A stretch of 45,631 nt of DNA from an uncultured Thermococci archaeon (GTDB lineage: Archaea; Methanobacteriota_B; Thermococci; Thermococcales; Thermococcaceae), in assembly GCA_964615185.1 (NCBI GenBank), contig CAZTOS010000009.1:1-45631 (forward strand), given 5' to 3'. Positions 30,801 to 37,531 of this stretch are shown here, piece by piece. How positions within the stretch are numbered: position 1 is the first letter of the stretch; each line of letters starts with the position of its first letter. The notes below the pieces were generated by a model. That model was given only the letters and a program-made list of their open reading frames with translations. It was not told the origin of the DNA and did no database searches. The position numbers and the translations under genes are program-made.

Positions 30801-31278
30801 AACTGAAAATCCAATAGTTGAGCACGTATATACTAAAGCTGGTAACTACACGGTTACATTGAGAGTCGTTGATGAACAAGGAGAATTCGACATTTATAGC
30901 GAGCAAATTGAAATTCTAAGTGTGGCTGAAGAAACTCCCATGGAGGAGAAAGAAGAGAATGCACTTGCAACGTTGCTCTTGTTGGCAAAGACATGGACAC
31001 TCAGATTCTTAAAGTTCCATAGAGAATATGAAGATTTAATAGCAAGAGCTAAAGAGCTCGAAATTGATAACGAAACACTAAGTAATATTACTACTATTCA
31101 CGAAAACGCTACAGATTTAATTGTAAGCGCATGGAGAGTTAACAGCTTGGAGGATGTTAAAAAGGTCATCCGTTATCAAGGAGAACAGAGATACGTGCCC
31201 AGGGCATGGGACATAAGGAAAGCATACCTCATGGAAAAAAGAATAGTAGAGATACTCAGGGAGTTGCTAAAAGAGTAA
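18817..31278 (+). CDS. Giant (4153 aa) exported multidomain protein: signal peptide, transglutaminase-like domain, hydrophobic helical segment, GATase-like domain, many Ig-like repeats, beta-propeller, PKD, pyrolysin-like C-terminal helical domain
   Basis: Uninterrupted 12.4-kb ORF with a GGAGGT RBS at 18805 and signal peptide ...LPVAYA. Motifs: GNDLDLANLL/ARYVRG/EHFWMEA/WIPLDPSFK; repeated DK..Y..GE...T..N.G units; LWVGT/LWIAS propeller blades; FDAS.S.D...WDFGDG...HVY...GNYTVTL PKD. Many N-x-S/T sequons. Confidence 0.9.
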   Translation: MGKSISHKVITLMVVFLVITLPVAYANSLPHSVFDGQKVETNKETSITPAYISQDSYTDKDLKKELELKYTYNLDEFIEMLNRDPVEIFWYIRNNFDYEPYYGSMKGPEGTFLQRSGNDLDLANLLVEIYRQLGIPARYVRGNIILSEEELQKWFGLDDVERVLKAGLIPYEKNGNRYIVEHFWMEAYINGTWIPLDPSFKEYEYIAPEVTSEDISLDFGEMINRTIENTVFENGSAILPMVSSDVYEELSPDVYEPFGENLSKIAERYIGNVSQQSVYRTLKNLENFEYGVFGQWRIVKVVSGEFPSELPYEVNNVLEEFSSIPVELRYQVNIYLPINGLNITLNISEINGKRVVLTYLPYNQSDMKFLRNYESIEEVPIDKVNVTPALLVDGVPIRVGEKTHLGTKDNLTIEVHIGEYSFGRDRTEITIGGDYVIGINALRVSDQFLDYRVNRFKITKFMIDNGFRNVTREEVAGELLNLIALTYWYRLDRYASRLSRSLEIKWIRMPSILVTGSAWRIENNTIKMIGMFMDIHKDYYIPIQKDGDKNKERAFMIETGLRGAKLEYEVFEDILGITAVSTAKIFEISQELGIPIVIVNSTNANTTIPSLEVSDFVKEKVREAVEKGYVVLIPQRNIVINDWEGTGYYIIDPETGAMAYMLSEGIRGGWSWSSVWEWAKTAADMLLTVAIESLKVKWKGIGEVVDKIVDTIKKIITVGWSDYEGMNTCEVWVKVINVLMDIIADFGFAAMSTVEMAEIVAMYSGPQGWLVAIALKAAEIAVMALCSNLVTGLLRKIFGLDDPRSKCAGPELVVHERSSLEEIKYGEKRYNFYAFRIGNKGSWNTELKWEIPEDFNWRKAESRAGIWYISPSKGTIWGSSSKYRINFDEVYLSINTKWISKKYLTKIMKNQGIVEYKIPIKTNDIHAPLYVVTVRYRLVEDLAISLDHTLITLRYPEGSEDTDYIYIKTYMTNASLKITPEKVSRVGLTVSYPKHLEVGEWHKIEITSSNAPKGNHEVMLTLVVTYKKTTKRINVPIFIDVYGKEEREDGGESPDTSVPGNDHPDDNFDVPRISLTKEISFYSLLREGIKKNISEAKELYTLANYLSMLSNATSINVGDYRELAMETSKLYKMLSANLEFLKDLNEKAPSVAVFKKGFYVGTENLLNSAKIAFREVEPEEFDPLQLVKHQKILILSSGSLFGMNTQSFKEKLRLYLENGGNIIVFDQQYGEDYSVIPGGLNGYGWAQDQMCHSFSLYAAQDHPILSTLTRNEISEEVDGYFDTYPPNSIVLMRRTKNHFPAMLLYEYGKGHVLATTLYSDWKSQDSISWFMVNILRDAIAYLELKGNIYEIGTKKAWFGFYYTNATYLIPIKVNNPTNVDAEQIKLRLIRPDGKITTEIIINKSIKAGEESVIHANISKENLKPLQFGIWTVDYSLIDHNGREIYSKYDAKGISVNYYTDNDYIFNYQGGEKYLVWITSSKENTLFGEPINMTLHIINNDDQALSGQVGIGHHIGGWRVLEVKNVTINPGEYKKITFTVYPYADVRSWGGHEPGLTYYIGFYRDKSPYEGHGNFNDAFLRAEKGVYVRYPDVSLRGSVDKTSYAPGETLQALANITNENEIDWKLYLKVNIFRWKWVGDERVKELIVSEGKLIQLPAFSNTLENLELKLPDSLELGYYTVEFLLMDEYKNVTAALSYSGFSKTKPEVLFMQRFDYNPLTFILQTEVTNNISLNFPVLRIHESIREFNQEITYKDYEFNLTFVDFKNITTIPIQDDIFGVYSFAYQLYDGNEYIDSGYATFERKIILEPEIEFNGRELSNLTLRINMTNPTQLEEEFVLNVTIPDINYTYTTPLTLNANGSRLLNFTIFIPEIGEGSHEIIIRAQKERGYIEKKAYFHIRSSWLSVSFESRDYSAGENATAYIENEGGVSTTANGTLYIEKDGQILSKNEFSILIKPGEKKEVKVPIPLNITRGALLVINVTDLKEGRTISRWTWLSLKEAMLEATYETEVYAMDNMTITLTNVGGLRDTLNVTITLRRSWWDVVKTQEYHNLTFGIGESKNVTFEIPNVQSGEYELIISSIGEESRRSSFHGSLKIIGMNLTFETDKDIYNAGENITLTITNHGGGYRQLRLEAWLRDSMNFNLESEQIAIGKLESKQVEFNIPIRTPTGEYIFVVYYDGKSYSKRITVKGLELNVSLVRDFYDVDESVELLVNNTGSIDADLIINYTIGGIKDNISTFVAAGSSRVVHLDIPKSLRSLTYQLSLEIQERNTGKMFYEQFYIRVRGAELEITPKETSLTTGENLPITFRNVGGINLNLSVELKVEDYTTITAFNLMKGEEKNVTFSLPALSKGEYTVWVIANDSVTGRQFSTSFMISVSGFVIRASLNKDTFSIGEIVNITLYNENPNLDAQCDYTLYLRDKDGNRFDVGSGDVVIPRDSQAYVAFQIEGLAKGNYSLTIRLREKNTNEVFLITKRLHIEGLWGEIEVDMPNEVFAGDEIKVLVNLTGNTNGTLRVSRGAKLLVYPSGIGNIEVDESGIWIFFRHYLGLYDGEGLELFKYPVSIGPAYESAYIPAVNLEKEIWIGSGKWILRFDKSAEEWNVYSTESIDGFPAYIENWWGREEVQIMDIAYYNNSLWVGTNGVGLIRVNTSTMRVIAIYNSSNSIMPFDYVMQLKVNGSALWVVSLGIIKISNEWQYIDPSEFNLDYIDAIEIVNDELWAGGGNDQGVAACKLGGECITNLPAWRISRLEHDNESLWIIYVSWENIGSSRYYFENGTREDYGINTFWGSLIDVEDSIYASSKFGIILNGEQKTFGPIGSVVDIAYHDEKAYLLTESGINIYDFEKDEWSYLTQEELMYGGNIHYASNRLWITRWDSLVSYNINTGEIVVYDSSNSPFSSSRNPTSITGNDTVLFIGTNDGLVIFDLTNNIFNIVHSPLPSNGIRDVYLFEDELWIASDDGAGIYDIESNVYEPYLTGEMTRKVIANGKEVWVVYENNNLWRYLRDSDTFEIYNSTNGLREGYIEDIAKFNNMLFVAYSDAQNISVFDGSGWSILDIPAYTIESTESMIFFGGSEFIVYSGDVYEFPLTLGVNEIILSPIEKPGEFDYEFVLQTQKMQLLDMKKHHIRAYERDIYADLYTPKLLYKKGEEAIFEVILRNNAPLRDNVTYELILGNETFEGSVLLEPAQEMKRTFTVRSEGDFNATLRVGEREIVKKVTVVEPKGEVRVDAPDIVGYLEPFNVSLSIINTGEVSLEVNVNFDGSEFNLTIPVNKSVTLTKEFRIREDKNVSIEISGDIRKNVKELIRMGESVKVIFEDKYLLAPGYNELPFEVRNEGSLDSTFNLSVSSETFKYVKELTIPKGENTTLYLPVYLEAGTYEVNYTTKFENGSFVIEVVEEKLEVNASLEREYNITISNLAPLDFVGTLEIVSSILSNTTNVTISSGSSIHLSFNVGDLEAGTYNVTVKITRNGRMILEKTFTYSLSPIYSIEIEGTKNEYKLDENATFTVKVKNVGNAIGEDLLTFEIPGIYKKESSLTLKPNEEIEREFNVTMPKDLPSREFKAVVSIGNMTSEMSFKLIGVNLTVTPSLNKDYYYEDENVTFTLTIRNNENITLNGNISVVCGIFNSTEPFEIGYEVKTFNFTFPACDRVFYSVRLDSGRLIHIDSRKIPVHERGLEVLLYTDKSRYHIGENMTIYISSNKPTTLAIVVFGNVTFVNVTQNTSLTLQVPDVPSGTYEIVYSTEEETYTYEFDVISPSAKILDFELKAETLNPEQNISFRVNVYSDEEVLGKIKVWLYNERNLLIDYYDQVITLSAGENVLDVNTTMSVPSIGNYYLLYAIYRGLNSTLLASGVQTLQTEGATIVSLASDKSEYYENENINLTVVVSGDKGEYTIVIEGLEEVLRENITIDGTRTLNYILPASKFEKTITVKLIYKEYTESESLDIMVINLPPKASFDIKGEPKVNSTLIFDASLSSDPGDDALTYVWDFGDGHEITTENPIVEHVYTKAGNYTVTLRVVDEQGEFDIYSEQIEILSVAEETPMEEKEENALATLLLLAKTWTLRFLKFHREYEDLIARAKELEIDNETLSNITTIHENATDLIVSAWRVNSLEDVKKVIRYQGEQRYVPRAWDIRKAYLMEKRIVEILRELLKE

Positions 31279-31429
31279 ACTGGCAAGGTAAAACCTGTTT
31301 CTTTTCCTCTTTAATTTTTAAGACCTTTGTTCATTATTTGTTTAAGATTATTGAAAACGCTTGCAAAGAGAAAGGAAAAAGTCTTTTCTACTCCAATCAT
31401 ATATCCTACTATGCCTGGAGGTGAGAGGA

Positions 31430-32875
31430 TTGTGTTTAATAGCGGGAGGAATCGGAAAGAACATCAAAGAAAAGGTCATCAGCATGATCTTAGCAGGCAA
31501 ACACAGAGGAGAGGACTCTTTTGGAGTATGGACAGATGAGGGAGTTTTGAAAAGTTATGATTTCTCTGATGTTTATGAAATTCCAAATGGAAATATAGCG
31601 CTTCTTCAATGTAGATTAGCAATGACAGGGTCAAAGGAATTCACTCAGCCGTTTTATAACGAATTTGTTCTTGTTCATAACGGAGAAATTTATAATCATA
31701 TTCAAATCCGGGAATATCTGGAGAAAAGGGGGATTTCATTTGAAAGTAATGTTGACAGCGAAGTTATTTTGAGACTCATAGAATTTTTAATTCATGATAA
31801 AGGGATGTCCCCAATTAAGGCGGTCCAAGAAAGCATGAAAATGTTAAACGGTGATTATGCTGTTTCTTTTTCTGATGGAAAGGAGATTTACATCTTCAGG
31901 GACCCTATTGGAATCAGACCTTTATACTATTCACCAAATGGATTCTTTGCTTCTGAAAAGAAAGTTTTGTGGAGTATTAATGAGAAAGCTATCCCAGTAA
32001 ACCCTGGTGAAGTTGTTAGGCTTTCAAAAGGAAAAATTGAGAAATTCAAAGTTTTTGATATTTTTGACCTGAAAGGTTCCTTCTTTCCCTATGAAAGGGC
32101 AAAACAATCCCTAATTAAAAGCTTGAAATATTCTGTAAAAATAAGGGCAGGAAAAAAAGTTGGAGTATTGTTTTCTGGAGGATTGGACAGCTCGCTTTTA
32201 GCTCTGCTCTTATCAAAACATGCTGATGTAACTCTCTATACTGCTGGAGCAGAAGGAAGTCAGGACATAGAGTGGGCACGCAAAGTGAGCGAGATGATGG
32301 GACTGGAGTTAAGGGAGTATGTTTTTGACATTAATGACGTTGAGAAAATTATTTCAAAAGTGGTCTTTGCTATTGAAGAGCCAAATCCAATGAATTTAGC
32401 AATTGGAATCCCCCTCTATTTTGCAACAAAACTTGCAAGAGAGGATAGATGCAAACTCTTGCTCAGCGGACAAGGGGCTGATGAACTTTTTGGAGGGTAT
32501 TTAAAGTACTTAAAGAACCCAGAGATCATGGAAAAGGACCTGGCGGAACTTGGAGAAAAGAATTTAGCAAGAGATGACAAAATAGCCATGCTTAACAGTG
32601 TAGAGGGAAGATTCCCATTTTTGGACTTGAATGTTGTCAGGACAGCACTGAGAACCCCTATTGAGTTTAAAATAAGAAATGGACTCAGAAAAGCAATCCT
32701 AAGAGAAATTGCTCTTAAGCTGGGGTTACCTAAAGAGGTAGCGTATAGAGAGAAGAAAGCCTGTCAATATGGAACAAACTCACAGAAAATACTACAGAAA
32801 ATTGCAAAAAGAAATGGAATGAAAACCAGAGAATTCGTTCATAGAGTGTTTAATGAAGTATTTAAACACTGGTAA
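31430..32875 (+). CDS. asnB: Asparagine synthase (glutamine-hydrolysing)
   Basis: TTG start after a GGAGGTGA RBS gives M-C-L-I-A-G (Ntn Cys). Motifs HNGEIYN, RDPIGIRPLY, FSGGLDSS, SGQGADELFGGY and RxPFLD. Confidence 0.93.
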   Translation: MCLIAGGIGKNIKEKVISMILAGKHRGEDSFGVWTDEGVLKSYDFSDVYEIPNGNIALLQCRLAMTGSKEFTQPFYNEFVLVHNGEIYNHIQIREYLEKRGISFESNVDSEVILRLIEFLIHDKGMSPIKAVQESMKMLNGDYAVSFSDGKEIYIFRDPIGIRPLYYSPNGFFASEKKVLWSINEKAIPVNPGEVVRLSKGKIEKFKVFDIFDLKGSFFPYERAKQSLIKSLKYSVKIRAGKKVGVLFSGGLDSSLLALLLSKHADVTLYTAGAEGSQDIEWARKVSEMMGLELREYVFDINDVEKIISKVVFAIEEPNPMNLAIGIPLYFATKLAREDRCKLLLSGQGADELFGGYLKYLKNPEIMEKDLAELGEKNLARDDKIAMLNSVEGRFPFLDLNVVRTALRTPIEFKIRNGLRKAILREIALKLGLPKEVAYREKKACQYGTNSQKILQKIAKRNGMKTREFVHRVFNEVFKHW

Positions 32876-33016
32876 ACGATCTTAAACTCTCTTTAACATC
32901 TACGAGTACATGGAGCTATTAGTAGACATTTTGTTAAACAATTTCAGAGTTAGAGCTATGATTTCATGAAAAAAGCTTAAATATTAGACTTCCGTACAAA
33001 TTAAAGAAGGTGAGCA

Positions 33017-34303
33017 GTGGTGGTAAACAAAAGAGTCTTAATAATACCTCTCATCCTAATTCTCACCCTTTCTTTAATCCCAAGATCATGTGCGGCGGAA
33101 ATCAGGATAGTAATCCTTGTGAGTGATAATGAAGCAGATTCAACCTTAGCTGATAGCGTTGCAAACATAATTGGAGCTTATGCGGTTATCAAGATACCTT
33201 GGGGAATTTACGACCCAACCTATTCCGCTGAGGTTTTAAAATACGCTCCTGATAAGGTTATAATAATTGGTGGTCCTACAGCGGTTCCAATTGACTATGA
33301 GAAAGATTTTGAAGAGATGGACATATCATTTGAAAGATGGTACGGAGAAAATAGATATAAAACCAACTTGGCAGTAGTTCAAAAACTTAAAAATGAATTT
33401 CCAGAAGAGTTCTCTCAAATAGAAGCAGTTTACATTGTACATGGCAGAGATGTTCTTAGCATGCTTATGCAGAAATGGCACGAGACACTACCTGATACTG
33501 CCAGATATAAATCAATCTGGGTCTTTACAGGGGATGGATATGAGAACCTAAGCCTTCAGATTCTCGAGGAAATACTCAAAGCATCACAGGGACGCCCATG
33601 GGTGGAGATAATAGTAACATCAAGATGGATTCCACTGACCCATAAAAAAGTTCCAAAACCTCTGTTCGATATTGATACAGATGCTGTGATTAATTTCTTA
33701 CAAGAATTGGGATATGAGGTAAATGTTGGGAACTATACACGAGGATCTCATTTTAGTATTAAGTACACTGGCCCAGCAAGTCCCCTTGTATTGGAAACAT
33801 TAAAACTTGTGGATAACAAAACACAGACCGCAGAAAAATTTCTTGATGGTTTGGATATACCAAAGGCAAAGAAGAGGTTGGATATGGCCAAAGAACAGAT
33901 TGCAAAAGCTTGGAAACTTTACAGTTTGGGTAACTATCAGGAAGCCTATCTTCTTGCAGTTGCAGCAAATAGAAATGCTGACTTCGTGATAAGCATGTCC
34001 GCCAGAGAGTGGGATAAAATTGCTCAAATGTCAATGAACTATGCACTTAATAAAGAAGTCCTTAGACTTGAAGCAAGGGTTAATGCATTAAAGAGCCTTG
34101 GAATTGATGTTGGGGATATAGAAGAGCTTTTAGCTGAGATAAAATCAGCGATAAAATCTAAGAATTATCCAAAAGCTCTCAAACTTATCAGAGAAGCAAA
34201 AGAGGAGCTTAGGAAAATGTTCATTGGAGAGAAGAGACATGTTCCCCACATGCCATCTGAGCATAAAGAAAGAGGGAAAAAGCCTGAAAATCTAAGACCA
34301 TAG
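33017..34303 (+). CDS. Secreted cell-wall-binding-repeat-2-like protein
   Basis: Signal peptide; ILVSDNEAD, PWG.Y, IIIGGPxAV and RWYGENRYKTN motifs; helical C-terminus. Confidence 0.75.
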   Translation: MVVNKRVLIIPLILILTLSLIPRSCAAEIRIVILVSDNEADSTLADSVANIIGAYAVIKIPWGIYDPTYSAEVLKYAPDKVIIIGGPTAVPIDYEKDFEEMDISFERWYGENRYKTNLAVVQKLKNEFPEEFSQIEAVYIVHGRDVLSMLMQKWHETLPDTARYKSIWVFTGDGYENLSLQILEEILKASQGRPWVEIIVTSRWIPLTHKKVPKPLFDIDTDAVINFLQELGYEVNVGNYTRGSHFSIKYTGPASPLVLETLKLVDNKTQTAEKFLDGLDIPKAKKRLDMAKEQIAKAWKLYSLGNYQEAYLLAVAANRNADFVISMSAREWDKIAQMSMNYALNKEVLRLEARVNALKSLGIDVGDIEELLAEIKSAIKSKNYPKALKLIREAKEELRKMFIGEKRHVPHMPSEHKERGKKPENLRP

Positions 34304-34387
34304 TGTGGGTTTTGCTTCGATTAGGACATCAATGAAGCGGTAACTTTTTATTTCTTTGTTTCTTTACTTGTGCAGAGGATGAAAACA

Positions 34388-35425
34388 ATGAGAATTCTCA
34401 TGGTCGGACATTATCCCCCTCATACTGGTGGAATTGCCAATCATCTTGACAATTTAGTCAGAGAACTTAGAAAGAGACACGAAGTGCACGTTCTTACATA
34501 TGGCCCTATAATCCCCAGAAAGTTTGAATCAGAATTCGTTCATCAGGTTAAACCCCCAAATATTTTTGGAATCAGGGGCATAAGCTTTACTTTCTTAGCT
34601 GCTAAAAAAATTTTGGAGCTTCATAAAAAATACAGATTTGATATTGTGCATGCTCATTACGTAGGTACAACCACTTATGCCGCAATCACAGTTAAGAGAA
34701 AAATTGGAACTCCTGTAGTTGTTACAGCCCATGGAAGTGATCTTGATTTTATGTCCAAACTACCATTGGGTGCATACTATGTGAAAAAGAGCCTAAGTGA
34801 TGCTGATAGTGTTATAACAGTCAGTCATTATTTGGCCAAAAAAGCAATCTCCCTTGGTGCGAAAAATGTTCATGTTATTCCGAACGGAGTGAGGGAATTT
34901 GAATATAGGAAAAATCAGAAAGAATTTGTCACTTTTATAGGGGCATTAAGACACTACAAATCTCCTGAAACAGTGTTGAAAATGGCGAAAATCTTCCCAA
35001 AAGAAAAGTTTTTAATCGTTGGAGATGGCCCACTTCGAAAAGTCTTGGAAAAACATTCTCCTCAAAATGTTCGTTTTCTTGGCTATAGAAAAGATATTGA
35101 AAGTATACTTTCAAGGACAAAAATATTGCTGCTGCCATCTAAACGAGAAGGTTTTGGACTTGTAATATTGGAAGCAAACAGCTTAAAGGTTCCTGTAATT
35201 GGACGAAAAATTGGCGGAATTCCAGAGCTAATTAGAGACGGAAAAAGTGGTATTATATTTCAGAATTTTGATGAACTGATTGACGCATTTGAAGAACTTC
35301 TTATTCCAAAAAAGCACGTAAAAATGGGTGCTCTTGGAAAGGAGATTGTCAAAAAGTACTTATGGGAAGATGTGGCAAGAAAGGTTGAGGAAATTTATGA
35401 AGTTATACTACGCTCTGCCCATTAA
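34388..35425 (+). CDS. Glycosyltransferase family 4
   Basis: YPPHTGG, HAH, TAHGSD, VGDGP and EGFGLVILEA (E-x7-E) motifs. The start codon is uncertain. Confidence 0.9.
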   Translation: MRILMVGHYPPHTGGIANHLDNLVRELRKRHEVHVLTYGPIIPRKFESEFVHQVKPPNIFGIRGISFTFLAAKKILELHKKYRFDIVHAHYVGTTTYAAITVKRKIGTPVVVTAHGSDLDFMSKLPLGAYYVKKSLSDADSVITVSHYLAKKAISLGAKNVHVIPNGVREFEYRKNQKEFVTFIGALRHYKSPETVLKMAKIFPKEKFLIVGDGPLRKVLEKHSPQNVRFLGYRKDIESILSRTKILLLPSKREGFGLVILEANSLKVPVIGRKIGGIPELIRDGKSGIIFQNFDELIDAFEELLIPKKHVKMGALGKEIVKKYLWEDVARKVEEIYEVILRSAH

Positions 35426-35649
35426 CGGATTTCGTTAAAAACCTAAAACTCTCAGTCAATTGAATATTCAGCCAAAAGTTTCAGCTTTTCATATTATAAA
35501 AAATCCCCCAAGAAACTCGAAAAATATAGGCATTTGAGAACAACCTTTTTAGCCCTCTATATTATGTATTTGAATGTATAGCCAAATCCTCCCATCATGA
35601 TAATCCACCAAACTGAACTCAGTGTATAGGTGTGTGGAAGTGATGCCTT

Positions 35650-36675
35650 ATGACAATAGTGATAAACATGAAAAAGGGACTGGACAGAAGAAAGATAAAG
35701 ATTGCTGCGAAATTTATTAGAAAGGGAAAGCTCGTTGCTTTTCCTACCGAGACAGTATATGGCTTAGGTGCCGACGCCCTAAATGAAAAGGCAGTTAAAA
35801 GAATTTTTGAAGCAAAGGGGAGACCTGCAGATAATCCCTTAATTGTACATATAGCCAATTTCGACCAGATATATGAACTGGCCAAAGAAGTCCCCAGGGA
35901 AGCTCAGATTCTTGCAGAACAGTTTTGGCCTGGCCCTCTGACAATGGTGTTACCAAAAAAAGAGATTGTACCAAAAATCACGACTGGAGGTCTTGATACC
36001 GTGGCAATACGAATGCCAGCTCATGAAATCGCCCTTAGTTTAATCCGTATCAGTAAAAGACCCATAGCCGCTCCTTCAGCGAACATAAGCGGTAAGCCCA
36101 GCCCAACTTTAGCTGAACATGTAGTAGATGATTTCTACGGAAGAATTGAATGTATAATAGATGGTGGGGAGGTAAAAATTGGAGTTGAATCTACTGTTTT
36201 GGACTTAACAACAACACCCCCAACACTTTTGAGACCGGGAGGCTTACCTTTGGAGAAAATAGAAAAAGTTATTGGAAAAGTAAAAATTCATCCAGCAGTA
36301 AAAGGTAAAGCTGTAGACATTGCAAAAGCTCCGGGAATGAAGTACAAGCATTACGCTCCGAATGCTCAGGTGATTATAATCGAAGGAAGTCGAGAAAAAG
36401 TCAGAGAGAAAATTAAAGAGCTTTTAAAAGAATACAAAAGAAGAGGAGTAAAAGTTGGTGTTATGGCTACAGGAGATTTTTATGAAGCCGATGTATATGT
36501 AAATTTAGGAAATAGTGAGGAGGAGATAGCAAGGAATCTCTTTAGAGCTTTGAGAGAGTTGGATAAAGCAGACGTTGAAATAATTCTTGCGGAGGGTATA
36601 GAAGAAAAAGGATTGGGACTTGCAGTAATGAATCGTCTCAGAAAGGCTGCCGGATACAAAATAGTTAAGGTATGA
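35650..36675 (+). CDS. sua5: L-threonylcarbamoyladenylate synthase Sua5
   Basis: FPTETVYGL, KGRPADNPLIVH, APSANISG, GVESTV and PGMKYKHYAP motifs. Confidence 0.97.
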   Translation: MTIVINMKKGLDRRKIKIAAKFIRKGKLVAFPTETVYGLGADALNEKAVKRIFEAKGRPADNPLIVHIANFDQIYELAKEVPREAQILAEQFWPGPLTMVLPKKEIVPKITTGGLDTVAIRMPAHEIALSLIRISKRPIAAPSANISGKPSPTLAEHVVDDFYGRIECIIDGGEVKIGVESTVLDLTTTPPTLLRPGGLPLEKIEKVIGKVKIHPAVKGKAVDIAKAPGMKYKHYAPNAQVIIIEGSREKVREKIKELLKEYKRRGVKVGVMATGDFYEADVYVNLGNSEEEIARNLFRALRELDKADVEIILAEGIEEKGLGLAVMNRLRKAAGYKIVKV

Positions 36676-36733
36676 TTTTTAAAGAATGAAGAAGTTTCGG
36701 AGGAGGAGACTAAATTTTCCCCATAAATGTAGT

Positions 36734-36959
36734 TCATTGAGTTATCCCTGCTCTTCTGTATCCTCTCCTCCTTGTATCTCCCAAAAAGAAAACCTCCTCA
36801 ACAAGTCCTTTCTGCTTTAGAATTCTCAACGCATAGCGAACGGTTCTTTCCGAAAGAGACGTCAGGCGGGCAATTTCCTTAGAAGAGAGTGGTCTATCAC
36901 CTAAGCTTTCAAAAACTCGTATTGCTGAGGTAGGTAAAGCAAACTACATCCCCCCTCAT
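36734..36959 (-). pseudogene. Small winged-HTH transcriptional regulator with a disrupted 5' end (absent from the ORF track)
   Basis: The frame reads ALPTSAIRVFESLGDRPLSSKEIARLTSLSERTVRYALRILKQKGLVEEVFFLGDTRRRGYRR...*. The in-frame ATG (36949) is followed directly by TAG, and the upstream ATG (36959) is one base out of frame. Confidence 0.75.
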
Positions 36960-37020
36960 CGTCACCACCACTGAAAAGTGGAAAAGGAGGGTTATAAAAT
37001 TTCCGATTAAGGCAAAAATT

Positions 37021-37452
37021 TCATTCTCTTGGCTTAAGTGCTACCCTCGGAAGAGGGATATGATACGGTATCTTCATGTCCTTAGCGGCAACCATCAGGA
37101 GTGGGGTAATTTCATTTGTTATGAAATTAACAATCTCCGCAAACATCTCTGGCCTGACTTTTTTCTCCTTCTCCCAGAGATCGAGGACTTCGTCAATCTG
37201 TTCCTTTTGTGGTGGCAGATAAAACACCATCCCCTTAACTACTGCGTTTGCAATTTCAGGGCGATAATTAATTCTGTACTCAAAAAGCACTTCAAGCCCG
37301 TTCACTTTTCCAGTGGGCATTCGGATTTCTCCCAGCCTAACTTCTTCAATTTGTGGAGAGAGATTAACTTCAACCCTACCAATCATTCCGTCTTTTTTCT
37401 CAATTTCTATTTTTGTAATGTTTATTCCCAGCACTGGCATCTTTTTCACCAC
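37021..37452 (-). CDS. Conserved hypothetical protein
   Basis: 143-aa ORF (probable start MPVLGINITKI) with normal codon usage and a GGTGA RBS. Confidence 0.75.
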   Translation of the reverse strand: MVKKMPVLGINITKIEIEKKDGMIGRVEVNLSPQIEEVRLGEIRMPTGKVNGLEVLFEYRINYRPEIANAVVKGMVFYLPPQKEQIDEVLDLWEKEKKVRPEMFAEIVNFITNEITPLLMVAAKDMKIPYHIPLPRVALKPRE

Positions 37453-37531
37453 TCCAACTTCAACTGATGCTTATAAAACCTTATTGGTTCCCTTAGCTAA
37501 AAGTTAAAAGCTCATGTAAATAGTCTAAATC

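Noticed and set aside
20433..30906. Numerous short minus-strand ORFs inside the giant gene as possible immunity genes
   Set aside because: They are fully nested antisense ORFs with shadow-like composition and no evident RBS or promoter.
31327..31539. ORF 31327-31539 and the extended asnB start at 31361
   Set aside because: The short ORF overlaps asnB out of frame. The Ntn Cys and the GGAGGTGA RBS fix the asnB start at TTG 31430.
36944..36946. In-frame TAG as a pyrrolysine codon
   Set aside because: Thermococcales are not known to encode the Pyl machinery, and no pyl genes are present here. Mutation or sequencing error is simpler.
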